Of a DNA stretch of 64,000 nt, positions 30,752 through 40,350 are shown piece after piece. The DNA comes from Candidatus Bathyarchaeota archaeon. GTDB taxonomy: Archaea > Thermoproteota > Bathyarchaeia > Bathyarchaeales > Bathycorpusculaceae. The stretch spans positions 74,971 through 138,970 of the forward strand of contig CAVTBV010000006.1 in assembly GCA_963733095.1 (NCBI GenBank), read 5' to 3'. Position numbers and translations under genes: made by a program. The notes under the pieces are model-generated. The model ran no database searches and was not told where the DNA came from. It saw only the letters and a list, made by a program, of their open reading frames with translations. Position 1 is the first letter of the stretch, and each line of letters opens with the position of its first letter.

Positions 30752-31182
30752 ACGATATCCTCGAAAGACGCTTAGAATTCCTAAAGCTCGAAGCAAAAGG
30801 TTTAACGCTCTGTGAAATTGTGAAGGTTCTAAGCGAAAAATACCAAACCTCAGAGAGAAACATCTACTACGACGCAGAAAACCGCGACACCTGGCAACCC
30901 GTCCTAACCCAACTCTTCGACTTAGACAAAGCACGGCTCATAATCGTGAATCGGTACGACTATCTTTACCGTGTGGCAAGCCTCCATTTTCAGACTGCAG
31001 GGGAAACGCAAAAACCAGTTTACCTCTCTAAGATGGTTGACATAACTGATCGCCTTGTAACCTTGCTGGGGCTAGAGACGCTTAAAGAAAAACAAGATAA
31101 AGAGAAGCACGAAGTGGAAATTGAAAAAGAAATCGCAGAAAATGAAGCCTTATTGCAAGCTTCAAAATTTGGGAGGACGTAG
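30748..31182 (+). CDS. HTH protein, terminase small subunit-like architecture
   Basis: RRLEFLKLEAKGLTLCEIVKVLSEKYQTSERNIYYD HTH followed by helices ending ITDRLVTLLGL, a layout common in TerS. Confidence 0.45.
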   Translation: MNDILERRLEFLKLEAKGLTLCEIVKVLSEKYQTSERNIYYDAENRDTWQPVLTQLFDLDKARLIIVNRYDYLYRVASLHFQTAGETQKPVYLSKMVDITDRLVTLLGLETLKEKQDKEKHEVEIEKEIAENEALLQASKFGRT

Positions 31183-31402
31183 TTATTACTTTTCACCAAA
31201 AAACTTAAAGTATTGCCCTGCATTTCACCCAAATAGAGAGCCGCACTCTATCCTTGTTAGTAAACAAGTGGATTCGACTAGCCTATAGTTGCCCTGTAAA
31301 CCAAAATGTTACTGCGGATTTCTTGTGCGAGGAGCAACCTATGATTACTATTTTACTAAATAGAGGAAATCTGGATCATCACCAAATAACAAAAAACGCT
31401 CT

Positions 31403-32566
31403 TCAATGCTTGTGTTTTCTAAAGTAAGTCAACAATGTTAATGCTGTTGCGGTGGTGAATACTGTGAGAATTGTCAATGGTGAGAACTCTGGAACTGTAG
31501 GAGTGGGTGTGGGCGATATGGACGGCAAAGAGTCATCGGAAACAAATTGAATGGAGCTGTTACCCATAGCAAGCATCAAATTCTTTCCTGTATCGTAAAC
31601 CATGAAAACGCTGCTTATAGGAACAGTTTCAATAACACTTCTTGTTTTATCTGATATTATGTAGGTTGTGTTAAGCGCAGTGCCCGCAAACAAGACACTC
31701 TTTACTGGGTCATAAGCAACACATATTGGGTTATATTCCAGCGGAATGGAGTCTATTACTGTATGGGTTTTATCGGATATAACTAGCACAGACCTATTAG
31801 AAGGCAGATATATTTCGCCTGTTACGGCGTCATAGGCTCCAGCAGCCCCTATACCACTGTCTAAGGGCACGGTTGCAATAACGGAATTAGTGGCATCCGA
31901 TATTACTGACAGGAAATGTATCGGGTTTTCGCCTGGTCTATTTTTTTCACGGTAGACATATATTTCTCCCTTTCCAGAATCGTAGATTAAGCGTGATGGA
32001 GGCGGATCGTCTCCTAAGGGTATGGTTTCCACTACTTGTTTGGTTGTCTCTGATATGACTAAGACCTCGGCAGTGAGAGTGCTATAGTCATAGCTGCCGA
32101 CGAATATTTCGCCTCTGCCAGAATCATAAACTATAAATCCGATACCTCTATCTCCTTGGCCTGAGTTTTTGTTCAAGTCGATAGTTGCCATCACTGAATT
32201 GCTGGCATCAGATATAACTGATATAGTGCCTGAGCCTTGATTTGCAACATAAATTTCATGAAGCGCAGAGGCATAGGCAATGCTGACTGGATTTTGACCA
32301 ACTGTGACATTTGCAAGAACTTTGTAGTTGCTGTCTGATATTGCTGCTACTGTATTGGTTGGCTTGGAAAGCGGCATTCCCAACTCATTGGTGTATGAAT
32401 AATCTGTGGTTACCCACACTGCGCCTTTATAAGAATCATAAGCCATAATTGGCGGTCCATTATATGGAATCGATTTGACTATTTCAATTGCTTGAACTGG
32501 AATTATAGATGTCAATACCACCAAAACTGCCAGAAATAGAATAAACAAGCAATTCGCGGTCTTCAT
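31403..32566 (-). CDS. YVTN/YncE-type beta-propeller surface protein with PEF-CTERM anchor
   Basis: Signal peptide, repeats such as YDSGKGEIYV, IYVANQGSGTISVISD and VIATVPL; PTPTVPEF + TM + RKHKH tail. Confidence 0.85.
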   Translation of the reverse strand: MKTANCLFILFLAVLVVLTSIIPVQAIEIVKSIPYNGPPIMAYDSYKGAVWVTTDYSYTNELGMPLSKPTNTVAAISDSNYKVLANVTVGQNPVSIAYASALHEIYVANQGSGTISVISDASNSVMATIDLNKNSGQGDRGIGFIVYDSGRGEIFVGSYDYSTLTAEVLVISETTKQVVETIPLGDDPPPSRLIYDSGKGEIYVYREKNRPGENPIHFLSVISDATNSVIATVPLDSGIGAAGAYDAVTGEIYLPSNRSVLVISDKTHTVIDSIPLEYNPICVAYDPVKSVLFAGTALNTTYIISDKTRSVIETVPISSVFMVYDTGKNLMLAMGNSSIQFVSDDSLPSISPTPTPTVPEFSPLTILTVFTTATALTLLTYFRKHKH

Positions 32567-32929
32567 TTTCGATTTGCTCCAATTAGACAGTCGGTTGTGT
32601 TCCTAATAGATATTTGCACAGTTTCGTTTGTTGACTAAAATTTCCCCAACAAGATTGAGTAGTTGGCGATCGTGTCTTCCGGAAAAGTTACAAAGACAGA
32701 AAAAACTACTTATAAAGTAAATATAATGAGAATCGAAGAGTAAACGTAAGCCTAATACCCTCTTAAGCCTGAATAAAATAGATAGCCCTCCCTTCTGTTA
32801 TTGAAACCTCGACATAACAATAGAGCGGTACTGCCTTAATAACGCAAAGCCTCGATTAAGCCACAATTTTGGTCATAAAGTTTAAAGCGTATAAAAAAAG
32901 GAGATGGTTGTTTGAACAGATTCTTACGG

Positions 32930-33832
32930 CTAAGCAACAGGTCGGAATAAATTTTCTCGTGTCAACTGAGCTGAGGGAACAAGATCATTGTAGAGAAAAC
33001 CGCTTTCATAACTGCCAAGCTGTACTACATCTTTAGGAGCACTAGTTAATGGGTCTTCAAAGATGGAAACTGAACTGTTTGTCATCGTTACGTAACCAAT
33101 TCTGTAGACAGTGACTGAGACGGAATTTGGTTTTCCTGCACCAAATAGTCCTAACGCGCTAACCGGTGAGTTAGTGTACGATGTAATGGTACCAAGTGTG
33201 TCGGTTAAAAACGATTTGTTGCTATCCCATTTAAATTTAAAGTTGCCTGCAAGGTTGCTATAAAGACTAGCGTTATACAAGTCGGGTACATATTGAATCA
33301 AAGTCGATAGGGAAGCATTAGAAAGCGAAGAATCATAGGTGGTTCCCATAAAATAAGCACGGTATTCTGCAGGTCCTGTATCTGCAGCAATTTTGATTCC
33401 ATAGACTTCAACAACCGCATCGCTACCCGGAAACTGCACTTGCGAAGTTAACGTGATATTCAACCGTATTACTGACGGATATTGGGTGAAAAGGCGCATC
33501 GTCGTGTCTGTTCCTTTCTCGAAATATGTGCTTACATTGGATGGGGCGGGTCCAACATATGCGTATGCTACGTGGACTTGAAATTGTGTCTGTGGAGACG
33601 CCACTTCATGGGGGGCAGTAGGAATGCTTGTTTGGGAGGGCGTTTGGATGGTGTCAGGAGGTTGGATAGAGCCAGGAGGTTGGATAAGTGTAGGAGATTG
33701 GATAGAGGTAGCTAAAGCGAGTGAGATTGGAATAGTAAGCATAAGTGCAATAATCAAGCCTAATGCAATCTTTCGTTTGTCAGAAGATAGAAGTTTATTG
33801 ATAGGGTTATGCATAGGGATCCAACCAATCAC
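32930..33832 (-). CDS. Membrane-anchored secreted hypothetical protein
   Basis: N-terminal TM, IQPP repeat linker, beta-rich domain; overlaps the upstream gene. Confidence 0.65.
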   Translation of the reverse strand: MIGWIPMHNPINKLLSSDKRKIALGLIIALMLTIPISLALATSIQSPTLIQPPGSIQPPDTIQTPSQTSIPTAPHEVASPQTQFQVHVAYAYVGPAPSNVSTYFEKGTDTTMRLFTQYPSVIRLNITLTSQVQFPGSDAVVEVYGIKIAADTGPAEYRAYFMGTTYDSSLSNASLSTLIQYVPDLYNASLYSNLAGNFKFKWDSNKSFLTDTLGTITSYTNSPVSALGLFGAGKPNSVSVTVYRIGYVTMTNSSVSIFEDPLTSAPKDVVQLGSYESGFLYNDLVPSAQLTRENLFRPVA

Positions 33833-34541
33833 CGTAAGTGGAAAACTGGCTGTAATAATGTGCTGTTAGGAAAGCATAAGACGAAATTTCTTCTGGCATG
33901 TTGGACCAATACCCGCTAGTCTGGGCATATTTATAGTAGACAGTCCAAGGATTATTGATGTAGAAGAATGCACCCCGAGTCATGCCTTCGGCTGAATAGC
34001 GGTCGCCAAAATCCCAATTCCACTGAGAACCGACGTAATTACAATAGTAATAAACATACTGCTGACCATTCCAATATCGAATGTCCGGATGTTTCCATTC
34101 GTCATATTCATAATACCAATAGGAATTCAGCCATTCACCGCTAGAGTAGTCATAAGTAACGTAGCGAGTTGCAGATGGTAGACCGAAATCAACGTCAAAA
34201 GTCATTTGCATCGGCGGCATTGTACGTACTGGAGAGTCATCATAAGTGCTACTACTACACCCTGCTTGGGTACTAAACCACCAGTTTCCGTAATTGTAAT
34301 ATGGATCATAATAGTAAGCATAAGGGTCATAGTCTGTATATAAGCCGAGTCCGACCATCATGTTGTCAGATGCACCTAGGGCAGAATGCTCGCAGTCGTT
34401 AAAACACGGGTAGTCAGAAGGAGGATTATAATTATCACTGCACCAGCTTTTACCCGAAGGCCCAACTGCTAATGTCATTGGCAATGAGATCATTAGCATA
34501 ACAAATACAAGCGCAAATATTGTTATATGAATTTTGTGCAT
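33807..34541 (-). CDS. Secreted Tyr/Trp-rich hypothetical protein
   Basis: ATG 34541 after a GGTGA Shine-Dalgarno site; signal peptide; very aromatic-rich mature part. Confidence 0.65.
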   Translation of the reverse strand: MHKIHITIFALVFVMLMISLPMTLAVGPSGKSWCSDNYNPPSDYPCFNDCEHSALGASDNMMVGLGLYTDYDPYAYYYDPYYNYGNWWFSTQAGCSSSTYDDSPVRTMPPMQMTFDVDFGLPSATRYVTYDYSSGEWLNSYWYYEYDEWKHPDIRYWNGQQYVYYYCNYVGSQWNWDFGDRYSAEGMTRGAFFYINNPWTVYYKYAQTSGYWSNMPEEISSYAFLTAHYYSQFSTYGDWLDPYA

Positions 34542-34816
34542 TTCTATCACCTGTTTGTATTGCCTTTGTTTGTTCTCTTTGTGCCCTTCCCTTAGGGCTA
34601 GGCGGTGACACGCCCCCAAGGCAATCAGCCCTGGCTTCGCTAACTTATTTGATATTGTATGAGAGCTAAAGCAAGCATGCCAGTCGTGTTAATTGTGACA
34701 AGAAGTCGCTGATTTTTTAGTCATCCGTTTCAGCCCTCATATTCTTGGGTGAAAGCGTTTGCTTTCCAACCCGTCTATCTAGCGGGCTTTGCTTATAAAA
34801 TGCTATTAAGCCTTAG

Positions 34817-34840
34817 TATTCCTAATCCTATTCCTAATCC
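34817..34840. repeat. Tandem 12-bp repeat in a divergent promoter region
   Basis: TATTCCTAATCC x2. Confidence 0.6.
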
Positions 34841-34862
34841 AATCATGACTAAAACTGCATAA

Positions 34863-35264
34863 GTGTTAAACAAATCAAAAACGAATTGTCGAAAAAGTAC
34901 TGCTTATAAACTGGTAAGATTTAACAATTTTTACAAGAGAAGGTGCTTGAAAATGGAGAGAACAAACGTTCATAAGAAAATCTTCGTAGCCTTCTCAGAT
35001 CTAGCTATCATGGTAGCGCTGAAAAATCAAATCATGACGGGCTATGCCATCAACAAGTATTTTGTGAGAAAAACCGGAGACATAGCAAGCACCAGCACGG
35101 TTTACTCTACACTTGCAACTATTGAGAGAAAAGGCCTAATAAAATGTGTTAGGAATAAAAGCGGTCGAGCTTATGCTTTAACAGACGAAGGCGAGAAAAT
35201 CGTCAACTGTGTAAGTAGCGTAATTGAAGAAAGCAAACGATTCATCGACAAACTTCTCACATAG
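34863..35264 (+). CDS. PadR-family regulator
   Basis: MTGYAINKYF...STSTVYSTLATIERKGLI...YALTDEG. True start is probably the later ATG (MERTN). Confidence 0.8.
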   Translation: MLNKSKTNCRKSTAYKLVRFNNFYKRRCLKMERTNVHKKIFVAFSDLAIMVALKNQIMTGYAINKYFVRKTGDIASTSTVYSTLATIERKGLIKCVRNKSGRAYALTDEGEKIVNCVSSVIEESKRFIDKLLT

Positions 35265-35348
35265 CGCCACTGCAAAAACCAAAGATTTTTGATTTATTGT
35301 TATTTTTTAGGTGTTGTCTATTGGTAGAGTCTTTTTTACGAGCAAGCT

Positions 35349-35852
35349 TTGCTTCTGGTTTTTAGGCATTATTTCTTTTTTTGTGTTAGCGGATGCTATA
35401 ACTTGCAAAGTTTCTTATACCGAATTAGCGCATGGATAAAGAAAGGTGGGCTGATGAAAAAGAAATTCATTTTAGCAATAGCAGTTGTAACTATTCTGTT
35501 AGTAGCGATTGGCGTAGGATTGTTTTTTTTCAACGGTCAAGCTCCTCCTGAGGTTAAAGCCCGTGATTCGGCAATCAGTTATATTAAAGACAACCATTCC
35601 GAAACGTCTTTTATGATGCATACTTTTGCTTGGGAAGGTGGAATACGATATAATTTTGAAGCTGGAAAAGACTCCTACATTTACTCGAGTCCAGATCAGG
35701 GGTGGAGTCTAACCATTCAACGCCCTGAAGGCGCCACTGACGCAACTTATACCATACTGGCTGTCTGCACTTCAGGCGGCGCTGTTCTTGAGTGGCACGG
35801 AACATACCACGACGGAGTAATCACCGAAACAAGTTATCGGCTTACTCAATAG
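35349..35852 (+). CDS. Small exported protein
   Basis: Likely start MKKKFILAIAVVTILLVAIGVG, a signal anchor. Confidence 0.6.
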   Translation: MLLVFRHYFFFCVSGCYNLQSFLYRISAWIKKGGLMKKKFILAIAVVTILLVAIGVGLFFFNGQAPPEVKARDSAISYIKDNHSETSFMMHTFAWEGGIRYNFEAGKDSYIYSSPDQGWSLTIQRPEGATDATYTILAVCTSGGAVLEWHGTYHDGVITETSYRLTQ

Positions 35853-36050
35853 AAAACAACGCACTAAATCCCTACTTTGTCTGGTCCAGAAAACGTCAAA
35901 GTACCAATATCAACAGTAGTATGCTTGGGTTCGCAATGAAGAAAGCAATAGGCTGACAAATGCCAATGCAAGAAGCCAAGGCAAATTAAAATTAGGTTTA
36001 TTGAATCTAGCCATTGTTGGAGTGATAAGCCCTTATTTTTTGAGCGATTG

Positions 36051-36368
36051 TTAAAGTGGGGATTGTTTTGATTGAACTATTCCCCTCTTCAACGCTAAAA
36101 AGACAAAGAACTGAGCACATGCCGCTACAACAGCTGCTTTCAATGCAGATAAGCCCTCCAGGCCAGCAACAGACCCCCCACCCAAAGTGCTAAAGAAGGT
36201 TAAGCCGCTGATGATTGCAGCATCAACAAGCGCATCTTCCCAGTCGAACTTTTGCATTGAAATATTTGCCAAACTGTTCGTGCAATAGATGATTAATCCC
36301 TTAACAGTTAATCTCGGAATATAGTTTCTTTCTTTTAGGATACTTGTACATTTCTTTACTGTCGCCAT
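36051..36368 (-). CDS. Small two-TM holin-like membrane protein
   Basis: MQKFDWEDALVDAAIISGLTFFSTLGG...AAVVAACAQFFVFLALKRG; downstream of the tail-fibre gene in the same orientation. Confidence 0.45.
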   Translation of the reverse strand: MATVKKCTSILKERNYIPRLTVKGLIIYCTNSLANISMQKFDWEDALVDAAIISGLTFFSTLGGGSVAGLEGLSALKAAVVAACAQFFVFLALKRGIVQSKQSPL

Positions 36369-36438
36369 TTGTCTACCACTTTTTTTTACTTTTGGTTTTT
36401 TTACAAAAAAGGAAAAAGGAAATTATTTGCTTTGACTT

Positions 36439-36630
36439 CTAGTTTTTGCTGGTTTTCTGCTGATTCGCTTTTAAGTCAGCGTTCTCCTTTTTTAAAGTGC
36501 CATTCTCGTCCATAATTGTCTTCATTACACTGTTGAGCTGGGTCATCATGTCGTTGATGCGCAGGTTAAGCATGCCGATCTGTTGCATGACTGGTGAAGC
36601 TTCAGCTGTGTTTTCGGTCAATGTAGTCAC
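36439..36630 (-). CDS. Small coiled-coil protein
   Basis: 63-aa heptad-rich ORF directly after the tail-fibre gene. Confidence 0.6.
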   Translation of the reverse strand: MTTLTENTAEASPVMQQIGMLNLRINDMMTQLNSVMKTIMDENGTLKKENADLKANQQKTSKN

Positions 36631-36665
36631 CTCCGGGCGAGTTTGATTTTTGGTTGAGTGGTGAG

Positions 36666-39600
36666 TTATGCTGTTGTTAACTTAGTCTTCAATTGTTCAA
36701 CTTCTGCATTTAGCTGTTCAATCCGTTTTTGCAATTCTGCATTGACCGCGTCGTTCTCATCAAATTTTTCTACCATCTTGCGCTGCACTGAAAGATGCCA
36801 ACCATTGACTTTACCAACTTCGCAGAAGCCGTCTCCGTCTAGCAAGTGCTTAATGGTATCTGGGTCAATTATTTCTTTGCCGTCTGGGTCTGTTTTGGTT
36901 TTCATTCTGCGGATCAGGTCCAAGTCGTCGTAAGCATCAAACGCGCCATGGCTTGTTTTGTATAACAGATAGTTTGCATAGACCGATCCCCAATATGGAT
37001 AACCAGATACGCCTGCACCATTTCCGCCTAAACTGCCGTTGTTGTCACCGTATGGGTATATGCCGAGCCCAGTTGAGTAGGATTTCATGTGGTTCATGAA
37101 GTAGAGATAACCCGTTGCGGTTGGCTGCCAATAGTCGCATTTCATTATTGAACAGTTTAGAGCGCCAAGTCCACCTGAACCGTTATCGATGGCCAACACG
37201 TTTGCGGCAGCTCTTCTCATATAGACGTCCCAACCGCCCGATCCGTTTGACCAGCCAATGTAGTTGTCCCCGCCAATTTTTATGTACCCCGCAAGTTCCA
37301 TAGATCCAACGCCATTGTCTAAACAGCTGTTTGCCGTATATATCGCGCCGTTGCTACGCACGATCTTTAATCCCTGCCCTAAAAATGAAGCATCGTCTCC
37401 ATATCTAAGCAAGAGATAATCGTTGCCTGCATTTCCGCCAGAAGTCGTACCCCATAGATATTCCGCCCAAAAGCCTTTGCCAGATTGACCAAATAGGTAA
37501 TGGTGCAATGAATTATCGGCAGTTTGTTGAGTGACTATGTATGATCCAGCAGTGATCGTTCCTGCAACTCCAAAGCTGCCAGAAGCGTTAATTTGTCCAA
37601 GTTGTGACCATCCACCGGCAGCTGGCATTCGATAGAAAATAAATGAGTCATCTGCTCCAACGGCTATGGACCATGATGGATAAGACGCACTAGCTTGTGT
37701 ATTAGTAGAACGGTTCCAATTAGAGCGCATTTGAAAATTATTTAGAGCCTCGCGAGAAACCATGTTTTCTTGGAATTGTGCGTATCCCTGCAATGAGAGA
37801 GCACCTGTTAGCGTGCAATTTCCTGATGCATCAAGAACCATTCTGTTACTGCCGTTTTGTGTGCCCCAGGTAAATCCATTGTAGGACTGGAAATCTAAGG
37901 TTCCACCGTACGTGCAGGCAATATAGTTTGCATTGTTATCTCCAAGATATATCCAAGCTTTGTCACCGTTTGTTGTCCAACGGTTTGAAATTCTCAGGAT
38001 TGAACTTGCATCGGAGGTATTTTTTATGTCTAAATTAATAGATGCCCCATTGTAATCTATTATAATTGGCGTTGAGACTGTACCACCGTTCCATCCGCCT
38101 GATGTTTGCCACGTGGGGGAGCTGCCTGAACCGTTGCTCGTTAAGACTTGTCCTGATGTGCCTCTGCTTCCACCTATGTTTAATGGACAGTTGATGTTTA
38201 TGCCTGCCGGGCTTCCACTGTTTAGAGGCTGCAAGCTGTTGATGAAGATCGAGCCGACGTCTAAACCAGCCTTATCAGTGACACCGTTAACGTCGGTTAC
38301 AGCTAAAGTTGTCGTATTAACCCATGTCAATTTAGCATTGTTGTTGAACTGCGCATATCCAGAAATATTGGCATTGCCACTGACTGTTAAACCGTTGTTT
38401 ATGGTTAGGGTTGTCGCTGAGCTGATGCTGTTTGCTGTGAGGTTTGTGCAGTAGATTGCGTTCCATTTTTGACTCGATGAGCCCAAGTCCAATTGCTTTC
38501 CTGAAGCCGGTAACAGACTACCCGAGCTACTGCTTGATGTTATAGTTAAAATTAAGCCAGTGTTATCGATGCTGAACGTTAGGTACTGTGGGGTTGGCGT
38601 TGCTGAATTATTACCCAATATTAGATTGCGAGTGTACATATTTTGCCACATCTTGGTTGACTCGCCGATGCTAGAATGATTGTCGGTGTTAGGTTTGATT
38701 GAGTTGTCGTCTGCAAGTGTCAAGACTCCATTAACAAATAACCCTGAGACAGATGCGTCAATTTCGCCATCAACAAGAAGGTCGCCATGGACAGTTAGGT
38801 TACCCAAATCCAAATGAGCAGGCGTATGTCCATCAAACTGGAATAGGAACAACGTATCATAATAACCTGAGAAATTACCCGGATTCCATGAGGATCCATC
38901 AAACATTTTGTGAGTGCCGCCCGAGTTGTACAATTGCCCTGGTTCAGCATTGCTTGGAAGATAATTATCACTGGAGACATAAGGATATGGAATACCCGAG
39001 GAATCCAGTGAAATACATGGAGGTGAAGATAATACAGGTTTGCCTCTGAAACCATGGTTAAGTACAATTGCCCCTTGCTGGCTAGCGACCAATCCACCTA
39101 CCTGAAGGTCTTTTTTTACGAGAAAGGACTCATTCGTTCCGAGGAATGGAATATGATCACCGTAAGCAGGGTTTGTTAACAGAAACAGCTCTGAATACCT
39201 TTGATTATAGCCTTCGCCAGTTGTGGTATCCAAAAATCTTTCGGCACTTTGACCTTGTGGCAGCTCACCGGTTAGGAAGATAGCTTTGATATATTCATCT
39301 TCAATTACTGCATGAGCGGTTGCTACCTTGCGATCGGCTAAAGGAATTGATGTATCAGTTGGTTCTGAAATTGTAACGATTGTTGTATCAGGTGAGTAAC
39401 CGGAGCCTTCATTTGTAATGTTGATTCTGGTGACTCGTTTGTAGGGTGAGCCTTCATATTCTGCAGTGGCAGATGCTCCTGAACCTGCTCCAGATATTGA
39501 AACCGTAGGAGTAGAGATATAACCAAAACCACCTGCTTTTCCTTTTGCACCTGTTAGAATGATTTGTTCAACGATGCCAGTCTGAAAATTAACAATTGCC

Positions 39601-39896
39601 ATAGCACTTGCTGTATCACCCGCTTCCTGGGGGTTCGAAATGTACACTGCAGGGAAGGAAGTGTAACCGCCACCCCCACTGTTTACCGTAATTGATGTAA
39701 CGGTTTTATAAGTTGAGTTAATTGTTGCAGTTGCCGTTGCGTTTGTGGTGGCACCACCGCCTACAATAGTTACCGAAGGAGCTGAAGTGTAGCCGCTACC
39801 TCCACCTGCACCCACTTGCAAATGAGCCATCATTTGAAGGCTGGGTAGCGAAGGTGAATTGCATTTCAACTTTACAATGTCTGTGAAATCAGTCAT
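36666..39896 (-). CDS. Tail-fibre/baseplate-like protein with C-terminal chaperone-like coiled coil
   Basis: Four N-terminal G.GYTS.P.V.I.G..G..A.A.A repeats, GTSGQVLTSNGSGSSPTWQT motif, Gly/Asn/Ser-rich beta repeats, and a terminal ELQKRIEQLNAEVEQLK coiled coil as in S74-type chaperones. Confidence 0.75.
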   Translation of the reverse strand: MTDFTDIVKLKCNSPSLPSLQMMAHLQVGAGGGSGYTSAPSVTIVGGGATTNATATATINSTYKTVTSITVNSGGGGYTSFPAVYISNPQEAGDTASAMAIVNFQTGIVEQIILTGAKGKAGGFGYISTPTVSISGAGSGASATAEYEGSPYKRVTRINITNEGSGYSPDTTIVTISEPTDTSIPLADRKVATAHAVIEDEYIKAIFLTGELPQGQSAERFLDTTTGEGYNQRYSELFLLTNPAYGDHIPFLGTNESFLVKKDLQVGGLVASQQGAIVLNHGFRGKPVLSSPPCISLDSSGIPYPYVSSDNYLPSNAEPGQLYNSGGTHKMFDGSSWNPGNFSGYYDTLFLFQFDGHTPAHLDLGNLTVHGDLLVDGEIDASVSGLFVNGVLTLADDNSIKPNTDNHSSIGESTKMWQNMYTRNLILGNNSATPTPQYLTFSIDNTGLILTITSSSSSGSLLPASGKQLDLGSSSQKWNAIYCTNLTANSISSATTLTINNGLTVSGNANISGYAQFNNNAKLTWVNTTTLAVTDVNGVTDKAGLDVGSIFINSLQPLNSGSPAGININCPLNIGGSRGTSGQVLTSNGSGSSPTWQTSGGWNGGTVSTPIIIDYNGASINLDIKNTSDASSILRISNRWTTNGDKAWIYLGDNNANYIACTYGGTLDFQSYNGFTWGTQNGSNRMVLDASGNCTLTGALSLQGYAQFQENMVSREALNNFQMRSNWNRSTNTQASASYPSWSIAVGADDSFIFYRMPAAGGWSQLGQINASGSFGVAGTITAGSYIVTQQTADNSLHHYLFGQSGKGFWAEYLWGTTSGGNAGNDYLLLRYGDDASFLGQGLKIVRSNGAIYTANSCLDNGVGSMELAGYIKIGGDNYIGWSNGSGGWDVYMRRAAANVLAIDNGSGGLGALNCSIMKCDYWQPTATGYLYFMNHMKSYSTGLGIYPYGDNNGSLGGNGAGVSGYPYWGSVYANYLLYKTSHGAFDAYDDLDLIRRMKTKTDPDGKEIIDPDTIKHLLDGDGFCEVGKVNGWHLSVQRKMVEKFDENDAVNAELQKRIEQLNAEVEQLKTKLTTA

Positions 39897-40086
39897 GCTT
39901 TCGCCTTCTTATTATTTAAGAGGCCATTCTTCATTGTTTGAAACCGGAATCCACTAAAAAGATTCCCAGAGTTCAAGGGCTGAGCGAAATTTTCGTCCCA
40001 GCTATTTTTTGGTTTTGATTTTTGTTCTAACATTTTAGATCATCAACTAAGCACTCGCATTTTTGTAATTTAAACAATTTTATGGC

Positions 40087-40229
40087 TTTTTCAGCATAAA
40101 AAATTCATTACTAACTATTCGGTAAGAAAAATTTAGCATGATTTTTTCATAATGAACTTTTCAGCATGAATTATTCAAGCTGAATTTTTGGGGGTGAATT
40201 ATTAGTCATGAAAGGAAAATGCTGAAAAA
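40087..40229. promoter_or_regulatory. Cluster of TTTTCAGCAT motifs in direct and inverted orientation
   Basis: TTTTTCAGCAT 40087-40097, TTTAGCATG 40132-40140, TTTTCAGCAT 40158-40167, inverted ATGCTGAAAAA 40219-40229, in AT-rich DNA. Confidence 0.55.
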
Positions 40230-40350
40230 TCAAGAAGAGTGTTTATTAAGGATTGCATGTCGTCTTTCATTTTCATTGAATTTAGGATTGGAAGGAAAAA
40301 CAAGCAGTTTGCCATAAGCCTTTTAACAACAACAGTTTATTTAATTTAAT

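Noticed and set aside
36666-39896. DGR target in the tail fibre
   Set aside because: No reverse transcriptase or near-identical repeat differing at adenines seen in the window.
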